Part shown: in pieces, positions 35,105 to 48,639 of the stretch
Numbering within the stretch: position 1 is the first letter of the stretch
How the letters are laid out: the number at the start of each line of letters is the position of its first letter
Assembly (NCBI RefSeq): GCF_006345805.1
Contig: NC_043024.1
Location: forward strand, 15,190,001-15,254,000
Source: Octopus sinensis
Taxonomy: Eukaryota
Reading direction: 5' to 3'
DNA: 64,000 bases
Notes under the pieces: model-generated
The model's input: only the letters and a program-made list of their open reading frames with translations
What the model was told of the DNA's origin: nothing
Databases searched by the model: none
Program-made: the position numbers and the translations under genes

Positions 35105-36795
35105 TTCTTTTTACTTGTTTCAGTCAATTTGACTGCGGCCATGCTGGAGCACCGCCTTTAATCGAGCAACTCGAACCCGGGACTTACTCTTTGTAAGCCC
35201 AGTACTTATTCTATCGGCCTCTTTTGCCGAACCGCTAAGTGATGGGGAAATAAACACACCAGCATCGGCTGTCAAGCAATGCTAGGGGGACAAACACAGA
35301 CACACAAACATACACGCACACACACACACACATACACATATATATATATATATCTCTTATTATAAAAGGCAGATTTTATCTGCCTCCCTTTGGGAGTTAT
35401 ACAAATCTACAATATAGCATTTCTTCAATTACAATTTACCTAGCATTTTTAAGAGTACAATGCATCGCATCATGCCAGGTCCAGTTTTTAAAATTTAAAC
35501 TCCAATTAAGCAAAATTTACAGAAAACTCACATTCTGGTGTGTGTGTCAAATGCTTTTCTTAGTCTGGTTTACACCACACGCAAACGCACACACACAGTG
35601 TGCGACGAATAAAATGAAAGTAAATAGCGACAGAGTGATTTGAGGAAGACTAAAGTGAAAGTATTTAAACCACTACTCAAAAAATAAAAAAACACAGCAA
35701 ACAGAAACAAATAAATACACAATTTCTTCAATTGGAGTTTACCTAAGATTTTTCAGAATACTTCAGTGGGTGATGCCATAAAAAATTTCTTTCAATTTTA
35801 CCACCAATTAAGACAAAATTCGAGAAAACTCAATATTTTAACATATCACTCCGAAAGCATTGATGTACATGTGTGCGTGCGTGAGTGTGTGTGTGTCATT
35901 CCTCACACACACGCATACACATACATATACAACTACATACAACTACATACACATACAACTACATACAAACACGTGTGTGTTTGTTATTAGTAAAAAAGGC
36001 GCCAAATCACAACTCACTTATCATTCCAACACATTTGCAAAGACACACGGACGGACAGAAAAGGTAAATTGGTTTTTATTTTACTCATTTCCTATTGTGT
36101 TTTCAAAATTTGTAATTCTGACAAAAAATGGATACGAATTTCATTATATCAAGCAGCGAGTCAGAATTCGAAGGATTTTCTACTGAAGGCCTTCATAAAT
36201 CTAACTCTATGACTGAAAAAAAAAAGCATCTTTATATAAGAGTGAAGTTGTGTGTCTGTCTCCTACGATTTACATTCCTAACTACTCCCACATTTTGCGG
36301 TGCAGTTTAACCAAAAGCGGGTATCTTATAGTCGTGATTCATATCGAGCCCTTCTGGGTATTAGCGTGCGTCTACGATGAGTCTACGATTTAAAAAAAAT
36401 TTACCATCATATTTTTCCATTTTAATGCATTTTTTCGCTTTTATATAAGGGAAGTAACTCTCTAAAAATATCTAGGATGTGTCAACGATTTAAAAAAAAA
36501 TTTACCTTAATTTTTTTTCAATTTTTAATGCATTTTTTTGCTATTTTTTGGCCATAACTCTCTAAAAATGCTTATATAGTTATTTCCCTTACAACCCGAG
36601 CAACGCCGGGCGATAATGCTAGTATATATATATATATGATGGGCTTCTTTCAGTTTCCATCTTCCAAATCCACTCACAATGCTTTGGTCGGCCTGAGGCT
36701 ATAGTAGAAGACACTTGCCCAAGGTGCCACGCAGTGGGATTGAACCTGGAACCATGTGGTTGGTAAACAAGCTACTTACCACACAGCTACTCCTA
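35105..36795 (-). mobile_element. SINE family A split by a Helitron
   Basis: Tail 35105-35340 and head 36630-36795 on the minus strand. Confidence 0.8.
35353..36622 (+). mobile_element. Non-autonomous Helitron
   Basis: A|TC 5' end, subterminal hairpin cccgagcaacgccggg, CTAG|T 3' end. Confidence 0.8.
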
Positions 36796-37272
36796 TATAT
36801 ATATTACAAATATAAGGGTAAATAATTATTAATTATTATAAGGGTAGATTTGTAATGAATTTTTCACTCCTGTATAATAAACCACAGTTCTCTTTCTGTG
36901 GTACTATCTTGTGACGCACATGGTAATCTTGGAGGAAAATATGAATTCATTCGTCTATATAGATTAGGATGTGCTGACTATCTTCTGTTATTCCTGATGG
37001 TGTGGGATCGGGATGCAAAGAGTAGGTTCATAGCATTTCCTAATTTATAAATCATCAAATTATTGTATAATTCTAACCCAGAAACGCGTCCACAATTAAT
37101 TGAAGACTGTTTGATTTCGTTATTTTTCTTCTTTTGTCTATGTGAGTTACAAGTATCTGTGGAATAATATCTGTAGTAAAAAGAAATAAGCTGTCTTTGA
37201 CTGCTATTTCTAAATTTTCGGTATGTAGTTGAGTGGTTAAGCAACTTGTTGCTTAACCCTTAATTATATTTA

Positions 37273-37302
<30 letters not shown>

Positions 37303-37304
<2 letters not shown>

Positions 37305-38490
37305 CTGAACTACAAAAGAAACGTTGCAGTGTAAAAGATTATTTGTTTCACACGCGATATTGAGATTATAAAGATTTTATCACATTTCTAGGTAATTTTG
37401 ACATCAGGAAGATGTCACTGACCCACAGCATCACTCTCTTTAGAAAACACAAGGACTGCATGATGGATTTGAACTCGCTCAATTTTCATGAACATGGTAA
37501 TGCTTGTGAATGTATCTTTATGAAAAGCATGATGTATGTGCAAAATGTCAACTCATTGGGTATAAAAGGCATCCAAATTTACCAGCCTGTCATTCGTTTC
37601 CTGAATGTGGCAAGCATGCGAAGACTGACACGAAATCCGAGGGGAGCAAGCCAGTGGACATCTCCATACTGGTCAATGTCCATGGGTCATTGCTAATGAC
37701 TTGAACTGTAGTATTTGAACAATTGAGCAGCTAAGGGAATGATGCAATGTCACAAACAACATGGATGATTGTCAACGCAGTGTCCGACTGAGAGTCACAA
37801 CAGCACATCAAGATCGCAACCTGCACAGACAGCACTTGCAAGACCAATTCCAGAGGGCAACGGAATCAGCCAGGCAGACCGTAGGGACTCACCACAGACC
37901 CATTTGTACAGAAACAGTTCGCCACTGGCTGAGATCTTTCAATCTGTCTTGTCGACATCTGGCTAGGGGCCCCCATCCTCACAGATCGTCATCGATGGGC
38001 GTATCTGCAGTGGGCTAAAAAATTGTCTCAACTGGTGATATCAGCAGTGGAGGACTGTAGTCTTCTCTGACAAAAGTCAATATCGCATTTCTGTGGCAGA
38101 TGGCAGAGCTAGAGTTTGGAGAAGAAGGAGTGAACGACATGCCGATGGCTGTGTTGTGGAGAGAGACTCATGAGGAGGGCAGAACATCATGGTATGGGGC
38201 GGGATTGCATTCAACCAGAAACTTGGACTAGTGGTCTTCCAAAACATCAGCCAAGTTTGGGGCAATGAGTAATCACTGCTTGCTACGTCAACCAAGTGTT
38301 GACGCCTCACATTGTGTCGTACTTTGCCCATCATTGGAATCATGTGTTCCAACACAACACCCGTGCCCATATTGCCAGGTTGACAACAACATCCAGACAC
38401 TGCTATGGCCTGCCCTAAGTCCAGATTTGAACCCCATAGAACACCTGTGGGACAAAATCCAAAGAAGGCCAAATGACATCCGTCCAAGGC
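37303..38490 (+). pseudogene. Second, unrelated Tc1-family element with degraded transposase, 3' truncated
   Basis: ..ETVRHWLRSFNL..VFSDKSQYRISVADGRARVWRRRSER..GGQNIMVWGGI..WPALSPDLNPIEHLWDKIQRR. Confidence 0.85.
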
Positions 38491-38501
38491 TGACATCTTT
38501 T

Positions 38502-38801
38502 GATTAAGATGATAAAGATTAATTTTTTATTTTAAATAAAGTAGTAATTTTCCCCTTTAAGAAAAACTAAATCAAGTACTGATGATTCAAAAATATCTCA
38601 TAAAAACAGGAAGAATTTCTATCTTTCTAGTCCATTGCACTCTGAAAGTTGTATAAAGGGTTGAGGTAAAAAAAATGAAAGTGAAAAAAAAGAACAGACA
38701 GCTATGATGATTCTTTGAAGTGTTGGCATTTTCAACTTGATTTTTTTTTTTACTTAAAGGGGGAAATGACTATTTTATTTGTAATCTTTATCTTCTTAAT
38801 C
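38502..38801. mobile_element. ~300-bp MITE-like element with imperfect ~75-bp TIRs
   Basis: gattaagatgataaagatta..ttcccctttaag..aatcaagt / acttgatt..cttaaaggggga..taatctttatcttcttaatc. Confidence 0.65.
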
Positions 38802-38853
38802 AAATGGCAAGCAAACAAACTTTGAATTTTAGTGTAATGTAGCCATACCTGTG

Positions 38854-38968
<115 letters not shown>

Positions 38969-39261
38969 CATATATGTATGTGTGTATATATATATGTATA
39001 TATATATGCATGTATATATATATATGTATGTGTGTATATGTATGTATGTGTGCGTGTATATATATATATATGTATGTGTGTATGTGTATGTATGTGTGCG
39101 TGTATATATATACACGCACACACACACACACATATATGCTGGCTGCGGTGAATAAACTGTCGTCTAAATTACACAAAAATGAAAAAACACTGACATCTCA
39201 TTTTAACAGATATATATTTACCAAAATAGCATAAAAATATCTTGAAATACTAAAGAATAAA

Positions 39262-39497
39262 TTTATTCAATAAAATCGCCATTGGCTTCAACCATGGCCT
39301 CCAGACGACTTTGAAATCTCCTGCAACTCTTCTGGATGGTCTCCTTGTCTAAGTTGGTGAATGCTGCCATAATCCTTGCCTTCAGTGCATCTTTGGTGTT
39401 ATAAGGAGTTTTGTTGGTTTCTCACTCAACTGTACGCCGCACATAATAATCAAGGGGGTTACAATCTGAAGAGTTGGGTGGCCAGATGTCAGCACGA
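39262..39497 (-). pseudogene. maT/DD37D-like transposase C-terminal fragment
   Basis: DIWPPNSSDCNPLDYYV..VE*ETNKTPYNTKDALKARIMAAFTNLDKETI. Confidence 0.7.
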
Positions 39498-39842
39498 TTC
39501 CTAATCGAACTTTACTCTCCAACATCAAAAAAGTCACTGCAACTTGTAGTCAAGTCAATGATAAAATTCCTGATTTTGAACCTTGTAAGTCAGGGGCATT
39601 TTATATCCGAGTATATACGGTGTTGTTATTAAGACAGTAAGTTGGCAGCACCAACAGCTCACTGGGCAAACAAACTGATTAGTGGCATTTTGTCTGTTTT
39701 TATATTCTGAGTTCAAATTTTGGTGAGGTTAGCTTCATCTTTTTGGTATTGATAAAATAAATACCTGTTGGGTACTGGGGTCAATGTAATCAACTTGCTC
39801 TCACCCAACAAATTTTAGGCCTTGTGCCTATACTAGAAAAAA

Positions 39843-40230
39843 GATTAACTGTGGAGGGAACCTTTGGAAGAGGTAGACCCAGGAAAACATGAGATGAGGT
39901 GGTGAAATATGAGCTTCTGGTGTTGAGTCTCACGGATGCAATGACAAGTGACTGAGATGTTTAGTGATTTGGTGTACTTGAGGAGATAGGTGGAGCCAAT
40001 ACTGGTAACAGTGCTGGTGACAAGTTAAAGGCACTTGTGCTGGGGTCACGTAAAAAAGCATCCAGTACACTCTGTGGAGTGGTTGACATTAAAGAAGGCC
40101 TTCCAGCTGGAGAAACCGGTCCAAAACAGACGATTGGAGCCTAGTGTAACTCTCTGGCTTACCAGCCCCAGTCAGACAAACTTACTTGTGCTTGCATGGA
40201 AAACAGATGCTAAATGATGATGATGATGAT
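39843..40230 (+). mobile_element. RTE LINE 3' end
   Basis: LTVEGTFGRGRPRKT*DEVVK.. followed by a 3' UTR and (GAT)n tail shared with the RTE-tailed SINEs. Confidence 0.7.
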
Positions 40231-40307
40231 GATGGTGGTGGTGGAGGTGGTGGTGGTGGTGGAGGATGTGGTGGTGGTGGTGGTGCTTTTGATGATGATA
40301 GTGGTGG

Positions 40308-40351
<44 letters not shown>

Positions 40352-40403
40352 GTGGTGGTGGAGGTGGTGGTGGTGGTGGTGGTTTTGATGATGATAGTGG
40401 TGG

Positions 40404-40450
<47 letters not shown>

Positions 40451-40497
40451 GTGATGATAGTGGTGGTGGTTTTGATGATGATGATGATGATGATGCA
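40213..40497. repeat. (GAT)n/(GGT)n microsatellite
   Basis: Directly visible. Confidence 0.95.
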
Positions 40498-40823
40498 AAA
40501 TATGGAACACAAATATATTTTAAGTTCTGTTTAGTAGTTTACTTCCTTCACATACAGGGGGAGAAAAAAAGAAAAAAAAAGGGAGTTTTGTGGATTTGTG
40601 GGTTTCTGTATTTCTCTATTTCTTTTTCACAGAATCTGTAAAATCTGAATTAATCTCTAAATTCTGGCATTGTTTTGTTATAACCAGGATTAAGTTGAGA
40701 TTTTTTTGGAAACTAACATTATTTTTCCATTTTGCTTCTCTCTCTCGCTCATCTTTCTCTGTCTCTCTCCCCCTCACCCTGTCTCTCTTTCTATCTATTT
40801 ATCCATCTATGTATCTGTCTATT

Positions 40824-40886
<63 letters not shown>

Positions 40887-40899
40887 CTATATCTATCTA

Positions 40900-40954
<55 letters not shown>

Positions 40955-41120
40955 CTATCTACTTATCTATCTATCTTTATTTTGCCATCTTTCTCTTATG
41001 CTCTCTCACCATTTCTTTCTCTCATCCAATGTCTCTCTCTCCCCCTCTCTATCTCTCTTTCTCTGTATCTTGCCATTTTTCCCTCACCCCTCTTTCTCTG
41101 TTTGCCAATATATCTGTTTT

Positions 41121-41154
<34 letters not shown>

Positions 41155-41459
41155 ACTCTCTCTTCCTCTCTTCATCTGTCAGTCTATCTACCTACTCAGT
41201 ACCTCTTTCTCTCACTCTCTCATCATCTATATCTTTCTTGTTCTCTCTCTCTCTCTCATCATCGTTTTCCTCCTTTATCCTTCTTCCTCTCATTCTCTCT
41301 CTCTCCTCTCTCTTTCTCCTTCTCACAGTATGTCTCTTTTTTCAAAATATTGGAAGAAAGATAGAAGCATAGATACATACATACATACATACATACATAC
41401 ATACATGCATACATACACATGTACATACATACATACATACATACATACACACACATACA

Positions 41460-42150
41460 CATGTACATACATACATACATACATACATACATACATGCAT
41501 ACATACACATGTACATACATACATATATACATACATACATGCATAAATACATACGTACATACATACATTCACATGTACATACATACATATATAGATATAT
41601 TTACATAAAAACATATTTAAACAACATATTTGAAGAAAGAAATGGAAAACAGGAACAGAAATTGTTGTTGGAAAAATATATAGTGATAAATATATGTGTG
41701 TGTGTATATATATATATATATATACATATATATACATATATATTGTGTGTGTGTGTGTGTGTGTGAATATATGTATGCCTATATATGTATGTATTCATAT
41801 GTATATGTGTGTGTAAATGTGTGTGTATAAGTATGCATTTGTATATACGTATGTTGCATGTATGTATACATACATTATATATATATATTATATATATATA
41901 CATACACACATACACATGTACATACATAATACATACATACATACATACATGCATACATACACATGTACATACATACATATATACATACATACATGCATAA
42001 ATACATACGTACATACATACATTCACATGTACATACATACATATATAGATATATTTACATAAAAACATATTTAAAACAACATATTTGAAGAAAGAAATGG
42101 AAATACAGGAACAGAAATTGTTGTTGGAAAAATATATAGTGATAAATATA

Positions 42151-42182
<32 letters not shown>

Positions 42183-42375
42183 CATATATATACATATATA
42201 TTGTGTGTGTGTGTGTGTGTGTGAATATATGTATGCCTATATATGTATGTATTCATATGTATATGTGTGTGTAAATGTGTGTGTATAAGTATGCATTTGT
42301 ATATACGTATGTATGCATGTATGTATACATACATATATATATATATATTATATATATATACATACACACATACAC
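41460..42375. repeat. ~455-bp tandem duplication in a microsatellite-rich segment
   Basis: tgaagaaagaaatggaaa..caggaacagaaattgttgttgg at ~41632 and ~42087; copies differ mainly by homopolymer indels. Confidence 0.85.
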
Positions 42376-42522
42376 AGAAAGATTGAGAGATAGAACAGTG
42401 AAAGAATAGAGAACATACAAGAAAGAGAGAGAGAGAGAAAGAAAGACAGAAAGAGAGAGAGAGATGATAGATAGTGACATAATGACAGCAATATAAAGAC
42501 AACTGATGAACAGGGAAGAAAA

Positions 42523-42554
<32 letters not shown>

Positions 42555-42808
42555 CATATCCACAGATTACTCCAGCTTTCGGATTTGCTGACAACGTAAT
42601 AACATTTCTTGGTTTTTATTTCTTATTCTGTTTATTTTATTTTATTTTATTATATATATTTTTTTTGCTTTATTTCATTCTAATCTTACATTTTTATCAA
42701 CAAAACCTTGTAATCCTTTCAGTTTTTAAATACCTTCATGTTCACACACAGAGATACACACTCACATGCATGCACAGAACAGAGTATATGTATGGGTATA
42801 TATATATA

Positions 42809-42860
<52 letters not shown>

Positions 42861-42923
42861 TATATATATATATATAGATATGTATACATATATATACATA
42901 TATTGTAATATATATATATATTA

Positions 42924-42954
<31 letters not shown>

Positions 42955-43075
42955 TACATATATACATATATACATATATATAATATATATATACATATAT
43001 ATATGTATACATAATACATATATATATATAATATATTATATATATATATATATACATACATGAATACATATATAC

Positions 43076-43118
<43 letters not shown>

Positions 43119-43240
43119 TATGGGGATGTGTGTATTTGTATCTATACACACATGCATGTATATCTATATACTTATGTGTTTGTGTGTGTGCATATTGTCT
43201 TGTATGTATGTTTATATATATGTATACAGTTACTTGTGTG

Positions 43241-43285
<45 letters not shown>

Positions 43286-43905
43286 GCATGCATATAGTTG
43301 TGGGTGTGTTTATACACACAAGCGTATATATTTAAGGAAAATACAGATTGTAAAGGTTATGTAGTCTGAAGTAATGGAAGCTCTCAAGCAGGTGGAAACT
43401 TCAACCAGATTCTTTGAGTTGATTGAAGAAGAATTTTACCCCTGCAAGAGAGGGTGTGGTCATGAGGGACAACACACTTATTCACAACAGATTATTGCAG
43501 TAAGTGCTAACAAAGGATTTAAATGCAAGAAGGACATTGTCTCGGAATAATGGATCTTTATGGACTGATGAAGCCTGATTGATGGGAGGAAATAAATATA
43601 AAGCAAGATGTACCAAACAAAGGATGTACACACATGGAATCAGTGCAGGAAATGTGTAAAAGGGAGTTGTAGAAGGAACAAGAGGATATGGTTTGAAGAG
43701 CACCAGTTTATCAGCAGATGTATGACACACCAGTTCAACCTGTTTTCTTGCTTTGTCATCAGTTTTAAAGACTAGGCACACATTTTTATATGCCTTGCTC
43801 AGATCAGTTACTTAGAACCTTCTTCAGCTGTTCTTTTGACAGCTGAAACACCCCTTGTTCCTGGAGCAGAGTTAAGTTACATTTCTGCTTGTCTGCTCTT
43901 TGATA

Positions 43906-43983
43906 AATTTCTTAGGCAGTTATGCACTTCCTTTTGCAACATTAGTATGTTGCAAAAGGAAGTGCATAACTGCCTAAGAAATT
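43906..43983. repeat. 78-bp perfect hairpin (37-bp arms, 4-nt loop)
   Basis: aatttcttaggcagttatgcacttccttttgcaacat-tagt-atgttgcaaaaggaagtgcataactgcctaagaaatt. Confidence 0.95.
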
Positions 43984-44509
43984 GCAGTTTTTTGTGTTGC
44001 CTGGTAGCCTTACGGCATCTAATACCTCTCCTTGACTAGCAATGCTAGCAAAAGACTTGTTATTGTGCTAGTTAGTGATTACTAATGTCTTTGTGTTATC
44101 TAAATTGATGTTTTTATTTATCAAAAATGTTAGTTTTCTAAATTGATGAAGTATATAGGTGCAGACATGGCTGTGTGGTAAGAAGTTTGCTTCCCAACTC
44201 TATGGTTCTCAGTTCAGGCTTACTGCAAGACACTTTGACCAAGTGTCTCCTTCTATAGGCTTGGGTTGATCAAGATGGAAACTGAAAGCACCCCACAACT
44301 AGCCCCTCCCCACAAAAATTTCAGGCCTAGAAAACTATATTGTGACAGTTACAGAATATAGAAAGTAATGTAACACCAATGACTATATAATCCAACCAAA
44401 ATATCTGTTACACAAACGTAAACGGAATTACTATTTAACCTTAGAATACATCGTACATATTCAAAGAACCTTCTTGGTTTAGTGGTACGGAACGGTCTTC
44501 TGGTATTCT

Positions 44510-44717
44510 TTTATTCTTTTCCCTGTTTCAGTCATTTGACGGTGGCCATGCTGGAGCACCGTCCTTTAGTCGAAGAAATTGACTCCTGGACTTATTCACT
44601 GTAAGCCTGGTGCTTATTCTATCAGTCTCTTCTGCTGAACAGCTAAATGAGAGACGCAAACGCACCAACATCGGTTGTCAAGCAATGGTGGTGGTGGTGG
44701 TGGTGGGACAAACACAC

Positions 44718-44760
<43 letters not shown>
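44510..44760 (-). mobile_element. SINE family A tail and spacer
   Basis: tttcagtcatttgacggtggccatgctggagcacc.. Confidence 0.7.
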
Positions 44761-44764
<4 letters not shown>

Positions 44765-45140
44765 CATATATATATATATGATGGGTTTGGCAGTAGTGGT
44801 GATGCTGGTGCTGGTGTGATTTTGTGGTTTAGTGGTATACTGAGAGAGATCCAGTGGGCCAGACATACATACACACATATACACAAACACAAACCTAGAG
44901 AGAGAGGTAGGCAGTGAGTGTCAAACAGTCCACAACGAAGTTTCCATCTCTCTTCCTCCCTCTCTCTCTCTCTGTCTCTCCCTCTCTCTTTCTCTTTCAC
45001 TCTCTCTTTCTCTCTCACTCCCTCTCTCTCCCTTACTTCCTCCTTGTCCTCTCTCTTGCTTTTCCACTTCTTTGAAGTGTGACACCCAACACAGGTATGT
45101 ACAAATACAAAACGTTAGTGTATTAATATTATTGATAATA

Positions 45141-45199
<59 letters not shown>

Positions 45200-45202
45200 T
45201 AT

Positions 45203-45712
45203 AAACTGATTGGAAGTGTTATCATGTACATTGTTTTGTCTTGGTATAAAAGATGGGCTACAGCAAATATTCTGCTCAATGCCACAGATTTGCTTGTCAG
45301 TTATTTGACCTTAACCAGTTGAGCATGTCCCTTAGTAGCTGATGATATGTGCATCTCTGATCACGAGCAGAAGTAGTGGGGGAGCATCATAGCCGTGTGT
45401 TGAGAGGGATTCTTTGGGGTTTGAATAATTCACCTCTGGAAACATGGGTGGTTCTTTCAACATCCTTAAACAATCCTTATTCAGGGTCCTTTTGAGTGGG
45501 ATGGGCTACTCGACCTGAAGAAAATTCTAACTGGGCCCCACCTGCAAGGCCATGCGCTGTTTATCTTGATATGAGATCACCATGTCGCGCACATATGGTT
45601 GTGATGCATGTGCCTGGTGTACCCTTATCAGACAGGTAGTCATGATGGGTATATTGGGCTTCGTATATTTTACCCCAGTGTCACTTTGATGGCATGAACT
45701 GCTCTCTCACTA
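45203..45712. mobile_element. ~500-bp non-coding interspersed element embedded in (AAT)n
   Basis: Homologous to copies at ~60600, ~61890, ~63030; (AAT)n on both sides. Confidence 0.8.
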
Positions 45713-45774
<62 letters not shown>

Positions 45775-46084
45775 CAATAATAATCCTTTCTACTAAAGGC
45801 ACAAGGCCTGAAATTTTGTGTAGTGACAATTTTTTAACCAGATCCCCGGGAAACTAGCTATCTGTGAGACTCAAAAAATTGTGTTGACATCAACTGTGCT
45901 CATTCTCAGGAAGTTTCTCTCCATTTAATATATACATGCCTTAGGTCTCTTGTTGAGACCTGTTTGGAAGATGAAATAAGATGCAACTCAATTGGAAAAG
46001 GATAATAATAATAATAATAATGATAATAATAATAATAATAATAAGCAAATTAAACTAATAATAATAATAATAACAATAATAATG

Positions 46085-46139
<55 letters not shown>

Positions 46140-46150
46140 GCAAGCTAAAC

Positions 46151-46199
<49 letters not shown>

Positions 46200-46210
46200 C
46201 AAACTAAACA

Positions 46211-46637
46211 AAACTGATCTAACTGAGAAAAAACTGAGCAAATATAAAGATCTTGAAACAGAAATTAGCAAAATGTGGAACCTGAAGACTAAAACAATAC
46301 CTGTTGTCATAGGTGCCCTGGGAATGATAGCAAAAGGGGTTGATTGCTACCTAGCTCAGATACCAGGAAACCCCAAAATGGCAGAAATTCAAAAGATAGT
46401 GCTCATGAGAATTGCTCATATCCTACACAAAATACTTTGTATGTAATCTCAAGTTTTAAAACAAACATAAATTTCTTATGGTTTCTTAAACATTCACTAG
46501 TACAATACTAAATACAAAACCAAATATATGGCACCCTAGGCATACCACTAACATGAACTTCCAACTTGTTGTCTCTTGAGGTATCTGGGTGAGACTTGGA
46601 GCCATCTTGTACAAATGTAAAGCAAAAGTCAAACATA

Positions 46638-46640
<3 letters not shown>
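46211..46640 (+). pseudogene. R4/Dong-clade LINE 3' end (RLE C-terminus and 3' UTR)
   Basis: EKLSKYKDLETEISKMWNLKTKTIPVVIGALGMI..EIQKIVLM..AHILHKIL*; (AAT)n on both sides. Confidence 0.8.
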
Positions 46641-46687
<47 letters not shown>

Positions 46688-46881
46688 CGTATTGAGAAGA
46701 GCATTGTCGATGTGAGAACTGTTGCTGCTCATGTATTTTAATTTAACTTAAAAAAAAAAATGAACGAACTACTGAGTTTGGTTTAATGGCCTACCAATGT
46801 ATACTATGAGTTTCTTTGCCCTAGGAGTCGGGAAGACACTCGGCAAGAAATGGAAGCAAATTTGAAAGAAGAAAAAAAAAG

Positions 46882-46938
<57 letters not shown>

Positions 46939-46957
46939 TATAATAATAATAATAATG

Positions 46958-46993
<36 letters not shown>

Positions 46994-47010
46994 TAATAAT
47001 AATAATAATA

Positions 47011-47500
47011 TTGCCAAGTCTGAATAGACATACAGACATGACAACGTAAGCAGTTATATCCACTGGACAATATGCTAACATTACAACATCAAAACTAACA
47101 ACAGGTGGTATAAGCATGTACCAAGCAAGGTACAAGACAATGACTAAGCCACAATAACCTGGGATATGCGAGTTTAAACTAACAAAGAAATAAAGGCTAA
47201 TTGCCCAGACATAATATTCATGGATTGGGGAAAGACACCTGCTTACTGATAGACATTGCAGTCCCTTCAAAAAAGAAGAGGAGAAATTGTCAAAGTACAA
47301 AGATCTCAAAATTGAAGTATTCAAAATAAGGGGCATGAAGGTAAAAACAATATCAATAACATTTGGAGCATTGGGCATGATCAAAAACGTGATCAAAAAC
47401 GTAGAAGCTATACCTGATCCTCAACTCTACACACTATCCAAAAAATAGCCCTGCTAGGAACAGGCCACATTCTGCACAAGTTGCTATCAATCCAATAATA
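47011..47500 (+). pseudogene. R4/Dong-clade RLE domain fragment (different subfamily)
   Basis: RHDNVSSYIHWTIC..WYKHVP..ITWDM..NCPDII..CLLIDIAVP..KEEEKLSKYKDL; starts directly after (AAT)n. Confidence 0.8.
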
Positions 47501-48639
47501 CAACTTAAACAAAACAACCCACAAATACAAGACACTCGATACAGCATTTACCCAGTGAAATAAACTTCCACCAGCAAGCTAGAGAACCAAAGCATTACAC
47601 AACCAAAACACAATACAAGTGGTAACAACAAAAGACTGCATAACACCTCAAGAGAAAAAGAAACCAAACTAACACACTACAGTACTGGGAAGAGTTTGTA
47701 CACTCCCAGAATAGAACACACAATGCTGAACACACCCCACCAACACGGAGGTGTAGCAGGTGATGCAGTAGAAATTTACCTCAATCTACAAAATATTGAA
47801 CAGTTATATAATAATAAATTTTCAAATTTTTATACAAGGCCTTCATTTTTAGGGGATGGGATATGTAATTTGATTACATTGATCCCAGTGATAAACTGGT
47901 ATTTATTATACCAACTCTTTATTGATAAAAGGCAAAGTTGGCTTTGGCAGAATTTGAGTCAAGAATGTAGAGAGGTGGAAGAAATTCTGCAAAACATTTA
48001 TCTGACTTGCTAACGTTTCTTCCAGCTTATTATGTATGTAATTATTAACAAGGAAAATTGAGTAAGCAATTTATCTTATTGCATAATTATATAATTCTGT
48101 TGTGTCTGGGAGTCAAAACTATTGAAAAGGTTGCAAGACACAACAAAAGTTTTAGAAAAATAAAAAAGAAAGAAGTGGAAACTTTACCAATGAGTGTGTT
48201 AAATTGTAAGGCACCAAAAGAGAATGACGTTTCCCAGACACAACAGAATATGCTTCAACACACAAGCCTGCATAAAGAATCTTGTAAACCAAATCTCAAA
48301 ACGAAATAATTCTGTAATTGTTTCATTGATATTTCAGAAGAGTATAGCTGTATCATTTTTATTTTATGATATGTGTAACAATACATTGCAGTGATATCAT
48401 TATACTAAAACTGCAAAATTATCATCTCATCAGGTTTATGTGTAAAATCCATTAGCAAATGAGATTTATGTAATAAAACGAATTGCTCACTCCATCCTTC
48501 TCATTAATAATCATATAACCTGTATGGATATTTATGGATTTTTAGGCATATCATCTATAAAACTATCCATTTTCATTTTATAATCCTATCTGATAGCCAA
48601 TACTTGTGGATGAACTTAAAGTAAACTCCAAGGTTAAAA

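Noticed and set aside
38570-38660. CTGATGA inside the MITE as a hammerhead
   Set aside because: No stem II-GAAAC-NUH arrangement follows; the same holds for CTGATGA at ~51400 and CTGACGA at ~19133
40590-41608. 260-300 aa hydrophobic ORFs resembling membrane proteins
   Set aside because: Derived from (CT)n/(ATCT)n/(ACAT)n tracts
43365-43499. Candidate exon SEVMEALKQVETSTRFFELIEEEF.. ending at a gca|gtaagt donor
   Set aside because: No pyrimidine-rich acceptor and no recognisable homology; insufficient support without RNA data
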